This document shows positions 38,369 through 47,112 of a stretch of DNA of 64,000 nt, in pieces. The stretch is taken from contig JAFZXK010000009.1 of NCBI GenBank assembly GCA_017616785.1, forward strand, positions 1,612 to 65,611, in the 5' to 3' direction. Numbering within the stretch: the first letter of the stretch is position 1; every line of letters starts with the position of its first letter. A program made the position numbers and the translations under genes. The DNA comes from Alphaproteobacteria bacterium. GTDB lineage: Bacteria; Pseudomonadota; Alphaproteobacteria; Rs-D84. Under the pieces are notes generated by a model that searched no databases, was not told the DNA's origin, and saw only the letters and a list, made by a program, of their open reading frames with translations.

Positions 38369-38830
38369 TTAATCATTGTTATTATTGTTACTATTATTGT
38401 TGTTACTGTTGTTATTCTCGTCACCGTATACCTGTTGATCTTGGACCGTCCATAAACTGCATGTTGGGCTGTTCGCACAGGTCAATTTTGATGTGGTCAA
38501 TGTTGGCAAACTTGATATACTTCCCTTTAATGCGGATGCCGTTACCAATTTATTCGCATCTGTGTTTGCGGTATAATCGCTTGGGTTATCGTATATTCCG
38601 CGTTCACCGATTGTCCCGTTTCCGGTTGTTGTATATGTGACGACCGCCGTCCCAAGTGTGCCGGAATTAGTGCCAGCCGCGGGTATTTTGGCCTGCCTGG
38701 TTTCAACCGATGTATCCACATACGCTTTGGACGATACGGTTTTGCGGTCTGTTGCCGTCGTTTCCGCACATGCGATTCCACACACAAACACGCATGTTAT
38801 AAATACAAATAAATTCCTAACGATTCGCAT
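38369..38830 (-). CDS. secreted short protein B1 (paralog of A1, poly-Asn tail)
   Basis: The ATG at 38830 is preceded by GGAGGA. The gene is near-identical to A1 over long DNA runs. Confidence 0.7.
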   Translation of the reverse strand: MRIVRNLFVFITCVFVCGIACAETTATDRKTVSSKAYVDTSVETRQAKIPAAGTNSGTLGTAVVTYTTTGNGTIGERGIYDNPSDYTANTDANKLVTASALKGSISSLPTLTTSKLTCANSPTCSLWTVQDQQVYGDENNNSNNNNSNNNNND

Positions 38831-38891
38831 GGTTTCCTCCCCTTTCTTCCTTTGATTTATCTGCATACAAATCCGTTGTTAAAAGTGTATC

Positions 38892-38905
38892 AAAAACCAA
38901 GGTTT
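38892..38905 (+). repeat. hix-like recombination site B-left (core AA at 38899-38900)
   Basis: GTATCAAAAACC-AA-GGTTT. Confidence 0.75.
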
Positions 38906-39005
38906 AAAATCAACCACTTTTTTCAAAAAATCAAAAAATTTTTTCATAGTAAAAACAATAGATTACAAATTTCGCACTTTTCGCCGTGGTGGTGTAAAAA
39001 AAACC
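38901..39005 (-). promoter_or_regulatory. invertible cassette B; -35 TTGATT (38908-38913, minus strand) faces operon B and pairs with fixed TGnTACACT (38884-38892)
   Basis: Minus strand reads TTGATT-18 nt-TACACT with TG at -15/-14. The RBS and B1 start lie ~55 nt downstream. Confidence 0.65.
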
Positions 39006-39016
39006 TTGGTTTTTTT
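38996..39016 (+). repeat. hix-like recombination site B-right (core TT at 39006-39007)
   Basis: AAAAAAAACC-TT-GGTTTTTTT. Confidence 0.75.
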
Positions 39017-39032
39017 ATACCACCCCTAAACA

Positions 39033-39057
39033 CAAAAAAACCGCAGATTTATGCGGT
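39033..39057 (-). terminator. rho-independent terminator after the HAD gene, insulating switch B
   Basis: Minus strand reads CCGCA-TAAATC-TGCGG followed by TTTTTTT. Confidence 0.65.
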
Positions 39058-39065
39058 ATTGACGC

Positions 39066-39097
39066 TGCTAACACTAACCACTTACACTAACACTTCC
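39066..39097 (-). repeat. TTAGTG array (R4, reverse orientation)
   Basis: Plus strand is GCTAACACTAACCACTTACACTAACACTTCC. GCTGCTAACA is also found at window positions 1-10. Confidence 0.75.
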
Positions 39098-39689
39098 TTG
39101 GCATTCCTGTTTTCGGATTTATCCATATTTGCTCATCGGCAATGTTCATCATTGGTAAATCAGATTTACTGTCCGAATATGCACGCACGACATGCGGAAT
39201 AAATTTATGCGCCACCGCCCATTCGTCCATCGCAATAACTTTGTTATTTCCCCAACAAAGGAAATCATATCTCCACGGTTTCATCGCATCCATTTTTGAA
39301 CAAATCACCGCATCAAACGGTAAATCGCGCACAAGTTTATTCACTAAATAATCCGGCGATGCAGAAATCAATAAAACTTTATTTCCGCGCGCACGTTCAT
39401 ACTCAATCCTTTCGGCGACCCAGCCAAACCGATTACGAATATGTTCACGAACAAATCTCGGAACAAATTTCTTTACCATATCGGCGGTTATAAACCGGCG
39501 TATATTTTTCCGCCACCAAAGTCCGCCACGATTAAACAACCGTGCAACAAAGCACACACCAATCAACGGCAAAAACAGCCAAGGCCGCAAACTGTGCCGA
39601 AAACAATAACGTCCAAAAGACATATTCGAATCAGGCCAAGACAGCGTTCCATCAAAATCAAACAAAACAACATTAACCGGTTTTAACAT
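39087..39689 (-). CDS. HAD-superfamily hydrolase (subfamily IB-like)
   Basis: VVLFDFDGTLS motif I; SASP motif II-like; DSKSD motif. Confidence 0.7.
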   Translation of the reverse strand: MLKPVNVVLFDFDGTLSWPDSNMSFGRYCFRHSLRPWLFLPLIGVCFVARLFNRGGLWWRKNIRRFITADMVKKFVPRFVREHIRNRFGWVAERIEYERARGNKVLLISASPDYLVNKLVRDLPFDAVICSKMDAMKPWRYDFLCWGNNKVIAMDEWAVAHKFIPHVVRAYSDSKSDLPMMNIADEQIWINPKTGMPRKC

Positions 39690-39792
39690 AATATTCCCCT
39701 ATTTGCGGCATTATATCAGCCCGAAAAATTATTTGCAAACAAATATAGAATACTGTATATTCCGATTGTCAACTTAACTAAAAGGAAAAGGA

Positions 39793-40782
39793 ATGAAAGC
39801 ATATTTAGATATTTGTAACCATATCCTAGAAACAGGAAAATGGTCCGAAAATCGCACAGGAGAAAAAGTAATCCGTGTCGCCGCAGGCGAAATATTTGTT
39901 CACGATATGGATATGGGATTTCCGTTAATAACAACAAAAAAAATGGGACTTACAAACATTGCAACAGAACTTGAATTTTTTATAAAAGGGATTACCGATA
40001 AAAGGTGGTTGCAAGACCGTGGCTGTAACATATGGAACAAATGGGCCAGTAAACCCAAATGGGAACCGGTATATAATTTAACAATCAAAGAATTTCCCGA
40101 AACCTTTGGACGTGAACCAACAGAAGGAGAAAAGAAAGAAATCGAGAACAGATGCATAGACAACGAACGTGATTTAGGACCCGTATACGGTTTTCAATGG
40201 CGGCATTTTGGTGGTGAGTATCAATTTGACACGGCGCACATAGCAAAAGACCCAACAGACAATTTTAATCATGAAAAACCAGGATTTGACCAAATCGCTG
40301 ATATTTTGCGGGTTCTTAGGTTACCAACTGATATTCGTGTTAAAGATGACAAAGCGCGCCGTATGGTCGTATCTGCTTGGAACCCATTGGAAGAATCAAA
40401 AATGGGATTACCTCCATGTCATTTTGCCTACAACTTATTACTTGATAATGACCGGTTAAACCTTACATGGACACAACGTTCATGCGATATGTTCCTTGGC
40501 GTGCCATATAACATTGCATCGTATGCGTTGTTGCTTATGCTCTATGCCAAAGAGGCCGGATTAAAACCAGGAATCCTTAAAGGTGAATTACACGATGCGC
40601 ATATTTATGAAAATCACATTCCACAAATGCGCGAACAAATTAAGCGCACGCCTTATCAATTACCAACCGTTGAAATACCTGATGAAAATTGGAAAGGTAT
40701 GCTTGCATGGAATGCGGCAAATGGATTCAAATTACAAAATTATAAACATCACGATAAATTGTATGGCGCAGTTGCGCGTTAA
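39793..40782 (+). CDS. thyA: thymidylate synthase (long form)
   Basis: NRTG, FPLITTKK, PPCH active-site Cys, QRSCDMFLGVPYNIASY. Confidence 0.95.
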   Translation: MKAYLDICNHILETGKWSENRTGEKVIRVAAGEIFVHDMDMGFPLITTKKMGLTNIATELEFFIKGITDKRWLQDRGCNIWNKWASKPKWEPVYNLTIKEFPETFGREPTEGEKKEIENRCIDNERDLGPVYGFQWRHFGGEYQFDTAHIAKDPTDNFNHEKPGFDQIADILRVLRLPTDIRVKDDKARRMVVSAWNPLEESKMGLPPCHFAYNLLLDNDRLNLTWTQRSCDMFLGVPYNIASYALLLMLYAKEAGLKPGILKGELHDAHIYENHIPQMREQIKRTPYQLPTVEIPDENWKGMLAWNAANGFKLQNYKHHDKLYGAVAR

Positions 40783-40785
40783 AAG

Positions 40786-40810
40786 ACGGGGCAAAACGCC
40801 CCGTTTTTTA
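40786..40810. terminator. bidirectional rho-independent terminator (thyA / NADAR gene)
   Basis: Hairpin ACGGGGC-AAAAC-GCCCCGT followed by TTTTTT, with an A-run upstream. Confidence 0.7.
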
Positions 40811-40820
40811 TTTGCTCTTT

Positions 40821-41279
40821 CTATTTTGAAAGTTCCGCACGAATTCGCATTAAAACTTTTCCTATACGATTTTCACCACTGCCTTCACCAAAACCACATT
40901 TATAACACACCGGACAAGATTTGATTAGAATCGCATCACCTGTGTTCTTTAACATTTCCGCCGCATCGGGATTTTGCGCAAACTTTGCACGCAAACCGCA
41001 CTCCATAATAATATATTTTCGTTGGTCAAAATTTTTCCTGCGTCCATCTCTATATTCAGGTTCCTTTGTTAAAAGTCGTGCTGCATCGGGGTCATCTTGA
41101 TTCAAAATAATACGAAAACGTGGATCCTGTACATAAAATTTCATTGCCTGGTAATAATGTTCCACCGTTGGAAAAGTAAAATTTTTACCATCCACGGACA
41201 TCTTTATTGGAAACGCCGCCAATGGACTTAAGAACCAATAGTCACCTTCGGGCTTACAAAATCTAATTTCTTTTACCAT
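40821..41279 (-). CDS. NADAR (YbiA/DUF1768) family protein
   Basis: FLSPLAAFP...FPTVEHYYQAMKF... pattern. Its start codon abuts the RND pump stop codon. Confidence 0.7.
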   Translation of the reverse strand: MVKEIRFCKPEGDYWFLSPLAAFPIKMSVDGKNFTFPTVEHYYQAMKFYVQDPRFRIILNQDDPDAARLLTKEPEYRDGRRKNFDQRKYIIMECGLRAKFAQNPDAAEMLKNTGDAILIKSCPVCYKCGFGEGSGENRIGKVLMRIRAELSK

Positions 41280-41280
41280 T

Positions 41281-44200
41281 TTACTTTTTTCCTTTTAATC
41301 TTTGGCGCAATCTTTCCATCGCAAAGAACAACGCCGGTGTTAGTGTAAATGTCCAAATAAGCGATGCCAACATACCACCAATCATAACCGCCGCCATCGC
41401 ACGCTTCATACCGTCGGCACTCCACAGTTGCGGCAACATACCCGCCATAACCGCAATAGATGTCATAAGCACCATATTCTTTTTATTATTCAGTTCTGTC
41501 CACAACGCAAGTTTTATATTTTCGCCTTTGCTAATTTTATTTATCGTTGGTTCCAACACCAAAATATTATTGTTCACAACCAAGCCAACCAACATAACAA
41601 ACGCAAGCATCGCACCAACATTTGTCGATGCACCCGATAAAAACAGCAATATAAACACGCCGGCGAAACTTGTAATAATAGATGTCGCAATGGTAAGCGG
41701 GTGAATCAAAGAATTCAAAATCGCGGCCAATAACATAAAGGTTAAAACAGTTGCCAACAAAAACGCAGTTCCGATTTCGCCCGTCGTTTCACTTTGGATT
41801 TCCGCCATACCGCCAAAAGAATATCCATAGCCCTGTTTCCAATCCATTTTATTCAGTTCAGAAACTATTTTTGATTGCACGGGTCCACTTGTTGACTTTC
41901 CAATATTGATATCGATTTCTGTAATACGACTTTTATCCAAACGGTAAATATTTGGTGTCGCTGGTTCGGTCTTTATCGTTCCAATTTGCGACAACGCAAC
42001 CATACCCTTTTGCGAATTCACAAGGACATTTTCAAACATTTTTTGATTCTTGAACGGCCGCGCAAATTCCAACACGATTGGATATTCTTCACCGTTTTCT
42101 TTGTATTTGTAAGTATCATTTCCATAAAGCGCCGTTCGCAGTGCCGCCCCAGCATACGAATTCTTTATTCCCCAAAAATCCATTTGCTCTGGGTCCGGAA
42201 TAAATCTTGTTTCATTGCCTGGCACTTGTTGTGCAAAGACCGCGGTTTGAACTTCGGGTATATTATTTATCGCATTTAATGCACGCACAGCATATTCTTG
42301 ACGCAGCGTATCATCATCACCATGTATATTCAAAACAATATCAGACGAAATTGATGATGACACGCCTTCGCCTGCACGAATTTGAATTTCCGCATCTGGG
42401 ATTTTCGAAAGTTCCGGTAAAATTTGACGCGCGATTTCTTTATCGCTGTGCCGACGCCGACCTTTATCAACCAATTTAATTTTGACCGCAATATTTTGTA
42501 ATCCGCGTTCACCAATTTTAACCGATGACGATTTTACTTCAGAAAAGTCGGATAAAACTTTTTCAATATCACGCGCAATGGATTGAGATTTTTCGTATGT
42601 CGCACCCATCGGCGCACGCGCGGTAATATTTATTTCGTTTGCATCTGTTGACGGACTAAACTCATTTCCCGTAAAGCGCATCAGCATCGCACTTGCCACC
42701 AAAGTAAGAACCGCAAACAATATCACGCGTCCCGAATGTTTATATTGATATGCAAACCACTTTTGCATGAGCGATTTTTTATTCATATTTATCGAAATAT
42801 GCCGTTCTTTGGTTATGCGCAAAATCTTTGCAATCATCATCGGCGTTAGTGTGAACGAAAACACCAACGATAGCAAAGTTAAATACACAACCGTCATACC
42901 AAACTGTGTCATAAATTTACCGGCAATTCCGCCCATAAACGCCAGCGGTAAAAACACAACAACATTTGTTCCGACACCGGCCAATACGGACACAGCAACT
43001 TTTTTTGTTCCGTCAATTGCGGCATTTTCCGCCGATTTTCCATTTCGCATTTCTTGCAACGCCGATTCTATCAAGATAATCGCATTCGACACCAATGTCC
43101 CCAGTGCCGACGAATACGCCAACAATGTCATAACATTTATCGTGAAACCACTTGCATTAACAAAGAAGAGTCCCGCAATCAACGACGCCGGAATCACGAC
43201 GCCCGCAACAATGGTTGAACGCCAATTTCGCGTGAATGCCAGCAATACCAAAATAGTAAATATAACACCGATTAAAATTCCAACTATGGTTCCCGATGTT
43301 TCGTTTGAAATGACAATCGAAGAATCAGAAATTATCTCCATCTTGGCACCAGGAAACCGCGCGTTCAGGTCGGCATTAAATTCAGGCAACTTTTTGTTCA
43401 ACGCGCGTGCAACCTTTATCGCATTACCATCGGACGCCTTTACAACCGACGCAATAACAACATCTGAACCATTAAACCGCGCACCTGTGTCAATATCACG
43501 CGCCGAATCAGTAACAGTCGCGACGTCGGAAAGTTTGAACCTTTGCCCTTCGGCGGTCGTTATATGCAAATTTTTAATTGCATCCACAGATTCAAATTCA
43601 CCGATAAAACGGACATTGGATGAATCGGCACCAACCTCTATCTTTCCACCCGGCACATTTATATTATTCGCCCCCATCGCCGACACAACATCCATAATCG
43701 TTATACCGTATGCCGCCATAGTTTCCGGATTTAGCGCAACGCGAATCGCGCGTTTTTCACCACCAAACACCGACACACTTGCGACACCATTAATTGATGT
43801 AATTTTATTGGCAAGTGTATTATCGGCATATTCTTGTAAGTCACGCAACGACGAACCATAAAGCACGATATCGACAACCGATGTCTGTAACGGATTTAAC
43901 TTTTCAATAACGGGCTGTTTCAAATCAGACGGAAATTCCGAAGCAAGTGCATCAATCTTTGATTTAACTTCGCTTGCCTTGTCATTAACATTGACGCCCA
44001 AATTAAATTCCGCCATCACATAGCCACCGTTTTCAAACGCCTGGGATGTAATTTTTTTAAGTTCCGGAACTTGGGAAATTGCGTCTTCGGCTTTCTTTAT
44101 AACCTGCGATTCAATTTCCACAGGCGCCGCCCCCGGATAAACAAAGGTCGCGGTAACCATCGGAAAATCAAGCGCCGGCGTGCGTTCCACATTCATTTTT

Positions 44201-44283
44201 GGAAACGCGACAATTCCCAACACAACCCACAGCAACACAAACATAACTGTGGTAACCGGCCTTTTTACAAAAAACTTTAACAT
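41281..44283 (-). CDS. RND efflux transporter permease (AcrB family)
   Basis: 1000 aa with a 12-TM pattern and two large periplasmic loops. The N-terminus is MLKFFVKRPVTTVMFVLL. Confidence 0.9.
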   Translation of the reverse strand: MLKFFVKRPVTTVMFVLLWVVLGIVAFPKMNVERTPALDFPMVTATFVYPGAAPVEIESQVIKKAEDAISQVPELKKITSQAFENGGYVMAEFNLGVNVNDKASEVKSKIDALASEFPSDLKQPVIEKLNPLQTSVVDIVLYGSSLRDLQEYADNTLANKITSINGVASVSVFGGEKRAIRVALNPETMAAYGITIMDVVSAMGANNINVPGGKIEVGADSSNVRFIGEFESVDAIKNLHITTAEGQRFKLSDVATVTDSARDIDTGARFNGSDVVIASVVKASDGNAIKVARALNKKLPEFNADLNARFPGAKMEIISDSSIVISNETSGTIVGILIGVIFTILVLLAFTRNWRSTIVAGVVIPASLIAGLFFVNASGFTINVMTLLAYSSALGTLVSNAIILIESALQEMRNGKSAENAAIDGTKKVAVSVLAGVGTNVVVFLPLAFMGGIAGKFMTQFGMTVVYLTLLSLVFSFTLTPMMIAKILRITKERHISINMNKKSLMQKWFAYQYKHSGRVILFAVLTLVASAMLMRFTGNEFSPSTDANEINITARAPMGATYEKSQSIARDIEKVLSDFSEVKSSSVKIGERGLQNIAVKIKLVDKGRRRHSDKEIARQILPELSKIPDAEIQIRAGEGVSSSISSDIVLNIHGDDDTLRQEYAVRALNAINNIPEVQTAVFAQQVPGNETRFIPDPEQMDFWGIKNSYAGAALRTALYGNDTYKYKENGEEYPIVLEFARPFKNQKMFENVLVNSQKGMVALSQIGTIKTEPATPNIYRLDKSRITEIDINIGKSTSGPVQSKIVSELNKMDWKQGYGYSFGGMAEIQSETTGEIGTAFLLATVLTFMLLAAILNSLIHPLTIATSIITSFAGVFILLFLSGASTNVGAMLAFVMLVGLVVNNNILVLEPTINKISKGENIKLALWTELNNKKNMVLMTSIAVMAGMLPQLWSADGMKRAMAAVMIGGMLASLIWTFTLTPALFFAMERLRQRLKGKK

Positions 44284-44298
44284 ATCCGCACCCCGCCT

Positions 44299-44901
44299 TT
44301 ATTTGCTTTGAATATTTATTTTTTGTCCGGAAACAACCTTGGACAGGACGATAATATCGCCATCTTTGATATCACCCGTAACACAAGAAAAATCTGAATC
44401 ACCCGCATTTACATTAACCGGAACGGCGGCCACAACACCCGATTCTGCACGCATAATTACACCTTCGCGCACCGCATATGTCGGAACAAAAAAACCGTTG
44501 CATTCTGCCTCGGCAAACGCAACACCATCATCAACATTTTTTGTTTTAACGATATACATACCGGTATCTAAATCTAAACTATTTGCAACATAGACAATTT
44601 CACCATCGCCAACTTTCTGTCCGACTTTTAGGCCGCGCCGATGCCCCGCCGAAACATACGCGCGATTATTTTCAACCGAAAGAGGCGTTTTTATAATACC
44701 CGTTTTCTGTTCCGCAACAATTGTTTCAACAACGATTCCTTTTTGTTCTGCATCACGCACCGGATTAAAAACATCCATACGCGATTCAATCGCAACCATA
44801 ACAAAACGATATATAAACCAAAGTATCAATACGCCTAAAACCGCCGTATAGACGTTTTTCTTTACCTTTTTATCATTAAATTTTTTGCCAAATATTTTCA
44901 T
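44299..44901 (-). CDS. short membrane-anchored periplasmic adaptor-like protein
   Basis: 200 aa with an N-terminal TM helix and beta-rich remainder. It sits in the adaptor slot between the TolC and RND genes but is about half the usual length. Confidence 0.45.
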   Translation of the reverse strand: MKIFGKKFNDKKVKKNVYTAVLGVLILWFIYRFVMVAIESRMDVFNPVRDAEQKGIVVETIVAEQKTGIIKTPLSVENNRAYVSAGHRRGLKVGQKVGDGEIVYVANSLDLDTGMYIVKTKNVDDGVAFAEAECNGFFVPTYAVREGVIMRAESGVVAAVPVNVNAGDSDFSCVTGDIKDGDIIVLSKVVSGQKINIQSK

Positions 44902-44903
44902 AT

Positions 44904-46223
44904 TTATTCACCCAATTTTTTTATCGATTCCGCCGACATTAAAATTTTATATTTTGCATTAAGAAGCGCCATATCTAATTGATAAAGTCCATTGGATACA
45001 TCCGCCAATTCCACCGCCGATGTTTGTCCGGCCGCAAATCTATCGCGTGAAAATCCATATGCCTTGGCCGCCAAATTTCGCGCATTGACAAGACCTTTTA
45101 GATTATCGCGCAAATGATTGTATTGCTTTATCGCATTTGTATATTTTTCCGAAGTAATCTTTTTAGATTTTTCAAAATCTTGACGCGCCGCTTCGGCGTT
45201 CATCACATCAACTGTGGCATTCGCCCGATTGACACCACCACTAAAAATCGGAACTTTCAACGCCAACCCCAAATATGCCGATTGCGTTGCATCACTGTTA
45301 AACATAGTTTTGAAATCTTTATCCATTGTCACATAGTTATAAGAACCGACCGCCGCAAGTGTTGGATATCCATTGGCGCGTTGTGCCGATGCCTTGGATT
45401 CATACATTTTTACTTGCTGGTCTAAAACCTGCCATTCCGGTGTATTGCCAAGTTTTTTATTTCCCATTTCCGGGAAATTTTCCGGGAATTCATCGGTCAA
45501 ATTTAACGGTTCATCAATATCAATTCCTGCCAAAATTTTTAGCATTCTGTGCGCCGTATCACGATTAAATTCGGCATCAGACAAATTGATTTCTTTTGTT
45601 GCAATATCCGATTCAATTTTAACCAAGTTGCCGCGATTCGCGCGCCCTGCCCCGGTCAGTTTCTTTTTTGCCGACACCGCGTCATTCAAATTTTTCCGTG
45701 CAATTTCGACAATTTCATCGGTCATTTTTGCGGTCCAATACAAATCCACCGCGGCATAGCGCACTTCGCGCAAAACCATTTCTTTGCTATATTCACTCAT
45801 TTTTATGGCATTCCGCACACTGTCAACCGCATTACCAATTTTTCCAAAAGTATAAATCGGCTGTGTTACCGTAACACCCGCCATAAAAATATTGTCCGGC
45901 ACATCTATATTTTCCACCCCGGCCAATTGCGGCACCAATCCACCAAGTTCCGGTGGCAACTTAACATTGAACGAATCAAATGGCTTTTCCACATTGATTA
46001 AATTCATATACGATGCCGAACCTTCGATATTAAACCACCGATTCGAATTTGCCACATCCAATGACGCCTGGGCTTTTTTTACATTGGCATCGGCCTTTTT
46101 CAAATCGTGTGATTCGGCGGTAATTTTTTGCACCGCATCATTCAAAGATAAATCCATCGCAAAACCGTCTATACGGCAAAATCCGGCGTATAGCGCAAAA
46201 AGACACCCCAAAAATTTACGCAT
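44904..46223 (-). CDS. TolC family outer membrane efflux protein
   Basis: 439 aa with a signal peptide and two tandem coiled-coil/beta repeat halves. Confidence 0.85.
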   Translation of the reverse strand: MRKFLGCLFALYAGFCRIDGFAMDLSLNDAVQKITAESHDLKKADANVKKAQASLDVANSNRWFNIEGSASYMNLINVEKPFDSFNVKLPPELGGLVPQLAGVENIDVPDNIFMAGVTVTQPIYTFGKIGNAVDSVRNAIKMSEYSKEMVLREVRYAAVDLYWTAKMTDEIVEIARKNLNDAVSAKKKLTGAGRANRGNLVKIESDIATKEINLSDAEFNRDTAHRMLKILAGIDIDEPLNLTDEFPENFPEMGNKKLGNTPEWQVLDQQVKMYESKASAQRANGYPTLAAVGSYNYVTMDKDFKTMFNSDATQSAYLGLALKVPIFSGGVNRANATVDVMNAEAARQDFEKSKKITSEKYTNAIKQYNHLRDNLKGLVNARNLAAKAYGFSRDRFAAGQTSAVELADVSNGLYQLDMALLNAKYKILMSAESIKKLGE

Positions 46224-46665
46224 TTTTATTCTCCATTTTCGAAAGAATTTCGTTCATAGTTTTAAAAGAACGAATCAATTCTTCTTCATCTTTCTTGTCA
46301 ATATCTTTGAACATTTCACAAATTGCGTTATGTAACATTTCGATAATTTGACCGGCAACCTGGGCCCCGCGTTCACTAACCGAATACCAAGTATTCCGGC
46401 GGTCATCTTCATCAACCGCCCGCACAACCAAACCATCGTGTTCCATTTTACGAAACGCCGTACATAAATTCGGCGCCGGCACAAATTCGCGCGCCGCCAA
46501 ATCTTTCAACCGCACCCGTCCCCCAAGGTACAGACGAATCAACAACTGCATCTGGGTCCGGGAATAATCGTTAAAAGACATCTGACTACGGTTTATGCGT
46601 TCAGACAACTTCGCGAACGACAATATATTTTTCCACATTAACGAAGCCAATTCTTTATGCGCCAT
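46216..46665 (-). CDS. MarR family transcriptional regulator
   Basis: Winged-HTH pattern ...TQMQLLIRLYLGGRVRLKDLAAREFVPAPNLCTAFRKMEHDGLVVR..DEDDRR. It is the first gene of the efflux operon. Confidence 0.85.
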   Translation of the reverse strand: MAHKELASLMWKNILSFAKLSERINRSQMSFNDYSRTQMQLLIRLYLGGRVRLKDLAAREFVPAPNLCTAFRKMEHDGLVVRAVDEDDRRNTWYSVSERGAQVAGQIIEMLHNAICEMFKDIDKKDEEELIRSFKTMNEILSKMENKNA

Positions 46666-46756
46666 ATTTGCCCCCTATACTTTATTAAAATCGACAATTA
46701 TTATAATTTTTAACAATTAAAAATCAAGTCCTAAAACAACAAAAATTATTTTATTA

Positions 46757-46784
46757 TTGCAAAAAGGCGAAAAACTACTATAAT
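46757..46784 (+). promoter_or_regulatory. sigma70-type promoter for tRNA-Gln
   Basis: TTGCAA-16 nt-TATAAT ends about 12 nt upstream of the tRNA 5' end. Confidence 0.55.
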
Positions 46785-46796
46785 CCACACTGTTTT

Positions 46797-46870
46797 TGGG
46801 GTGTCGTCTAATGGTAGGACAAGAGATTTTGGTTCTCTTTATCATGGTTCGAATCCGTGCGCCCCAACCA
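46797..46870 (+). tRNA. tRNA-Gln (TTG)
   Basis: TGGGGTGTCGTCTAATGG...; U1:A72; anticodon loop TTTTGGT; CCA encoded. Confidence 0.95.
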
Positions 46871-47112
46871 CATTAAACAGATTTTGAACAAGAGCAAAAA
46901 TTCTCATATTTTCCAATAGTTTCACGAGTTCGAAAGTTAAAATTCGATTTTTTGTCTTCTCAAACACACTTTCGAACTACTTATAAATCGCTAAAAACAT
47001 TCGAACCGACAACAATCTTATAAAACTAATAAAAATCTGCTCTAACAGGTCTTTTTATTCAAAATGGTTGTGGGGTGCTGGCAAAACGAAATACAATTTC
47101 ACAATACAAACA

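Larger units (their letters stand above)
37860..38905. repeat. paralogous DNA block B (approximate bounds)
   Basis: See block A at ~21300-22322. Confidence 0.8.

Noticed and set aside
42767-43861. A 364-aa ORF on the plus strand.
   Set aside because: It lies entirely antisense to the well-supported RND pump gene and has a low-complexity, Ser/Thr/Ile/Ala-rich translation with no RBS. It is a shadow ORF.
46680-46760. A possible MarR operator: a near-palindrome AATTATTATAATT and a repeated ACAATTA in the marR/tRNA-Gln intergenic region.
   Set aside because: The region is extremely AT-rich, so short palindromes are expected. I cannot separate the signal from the composition without comparative data.
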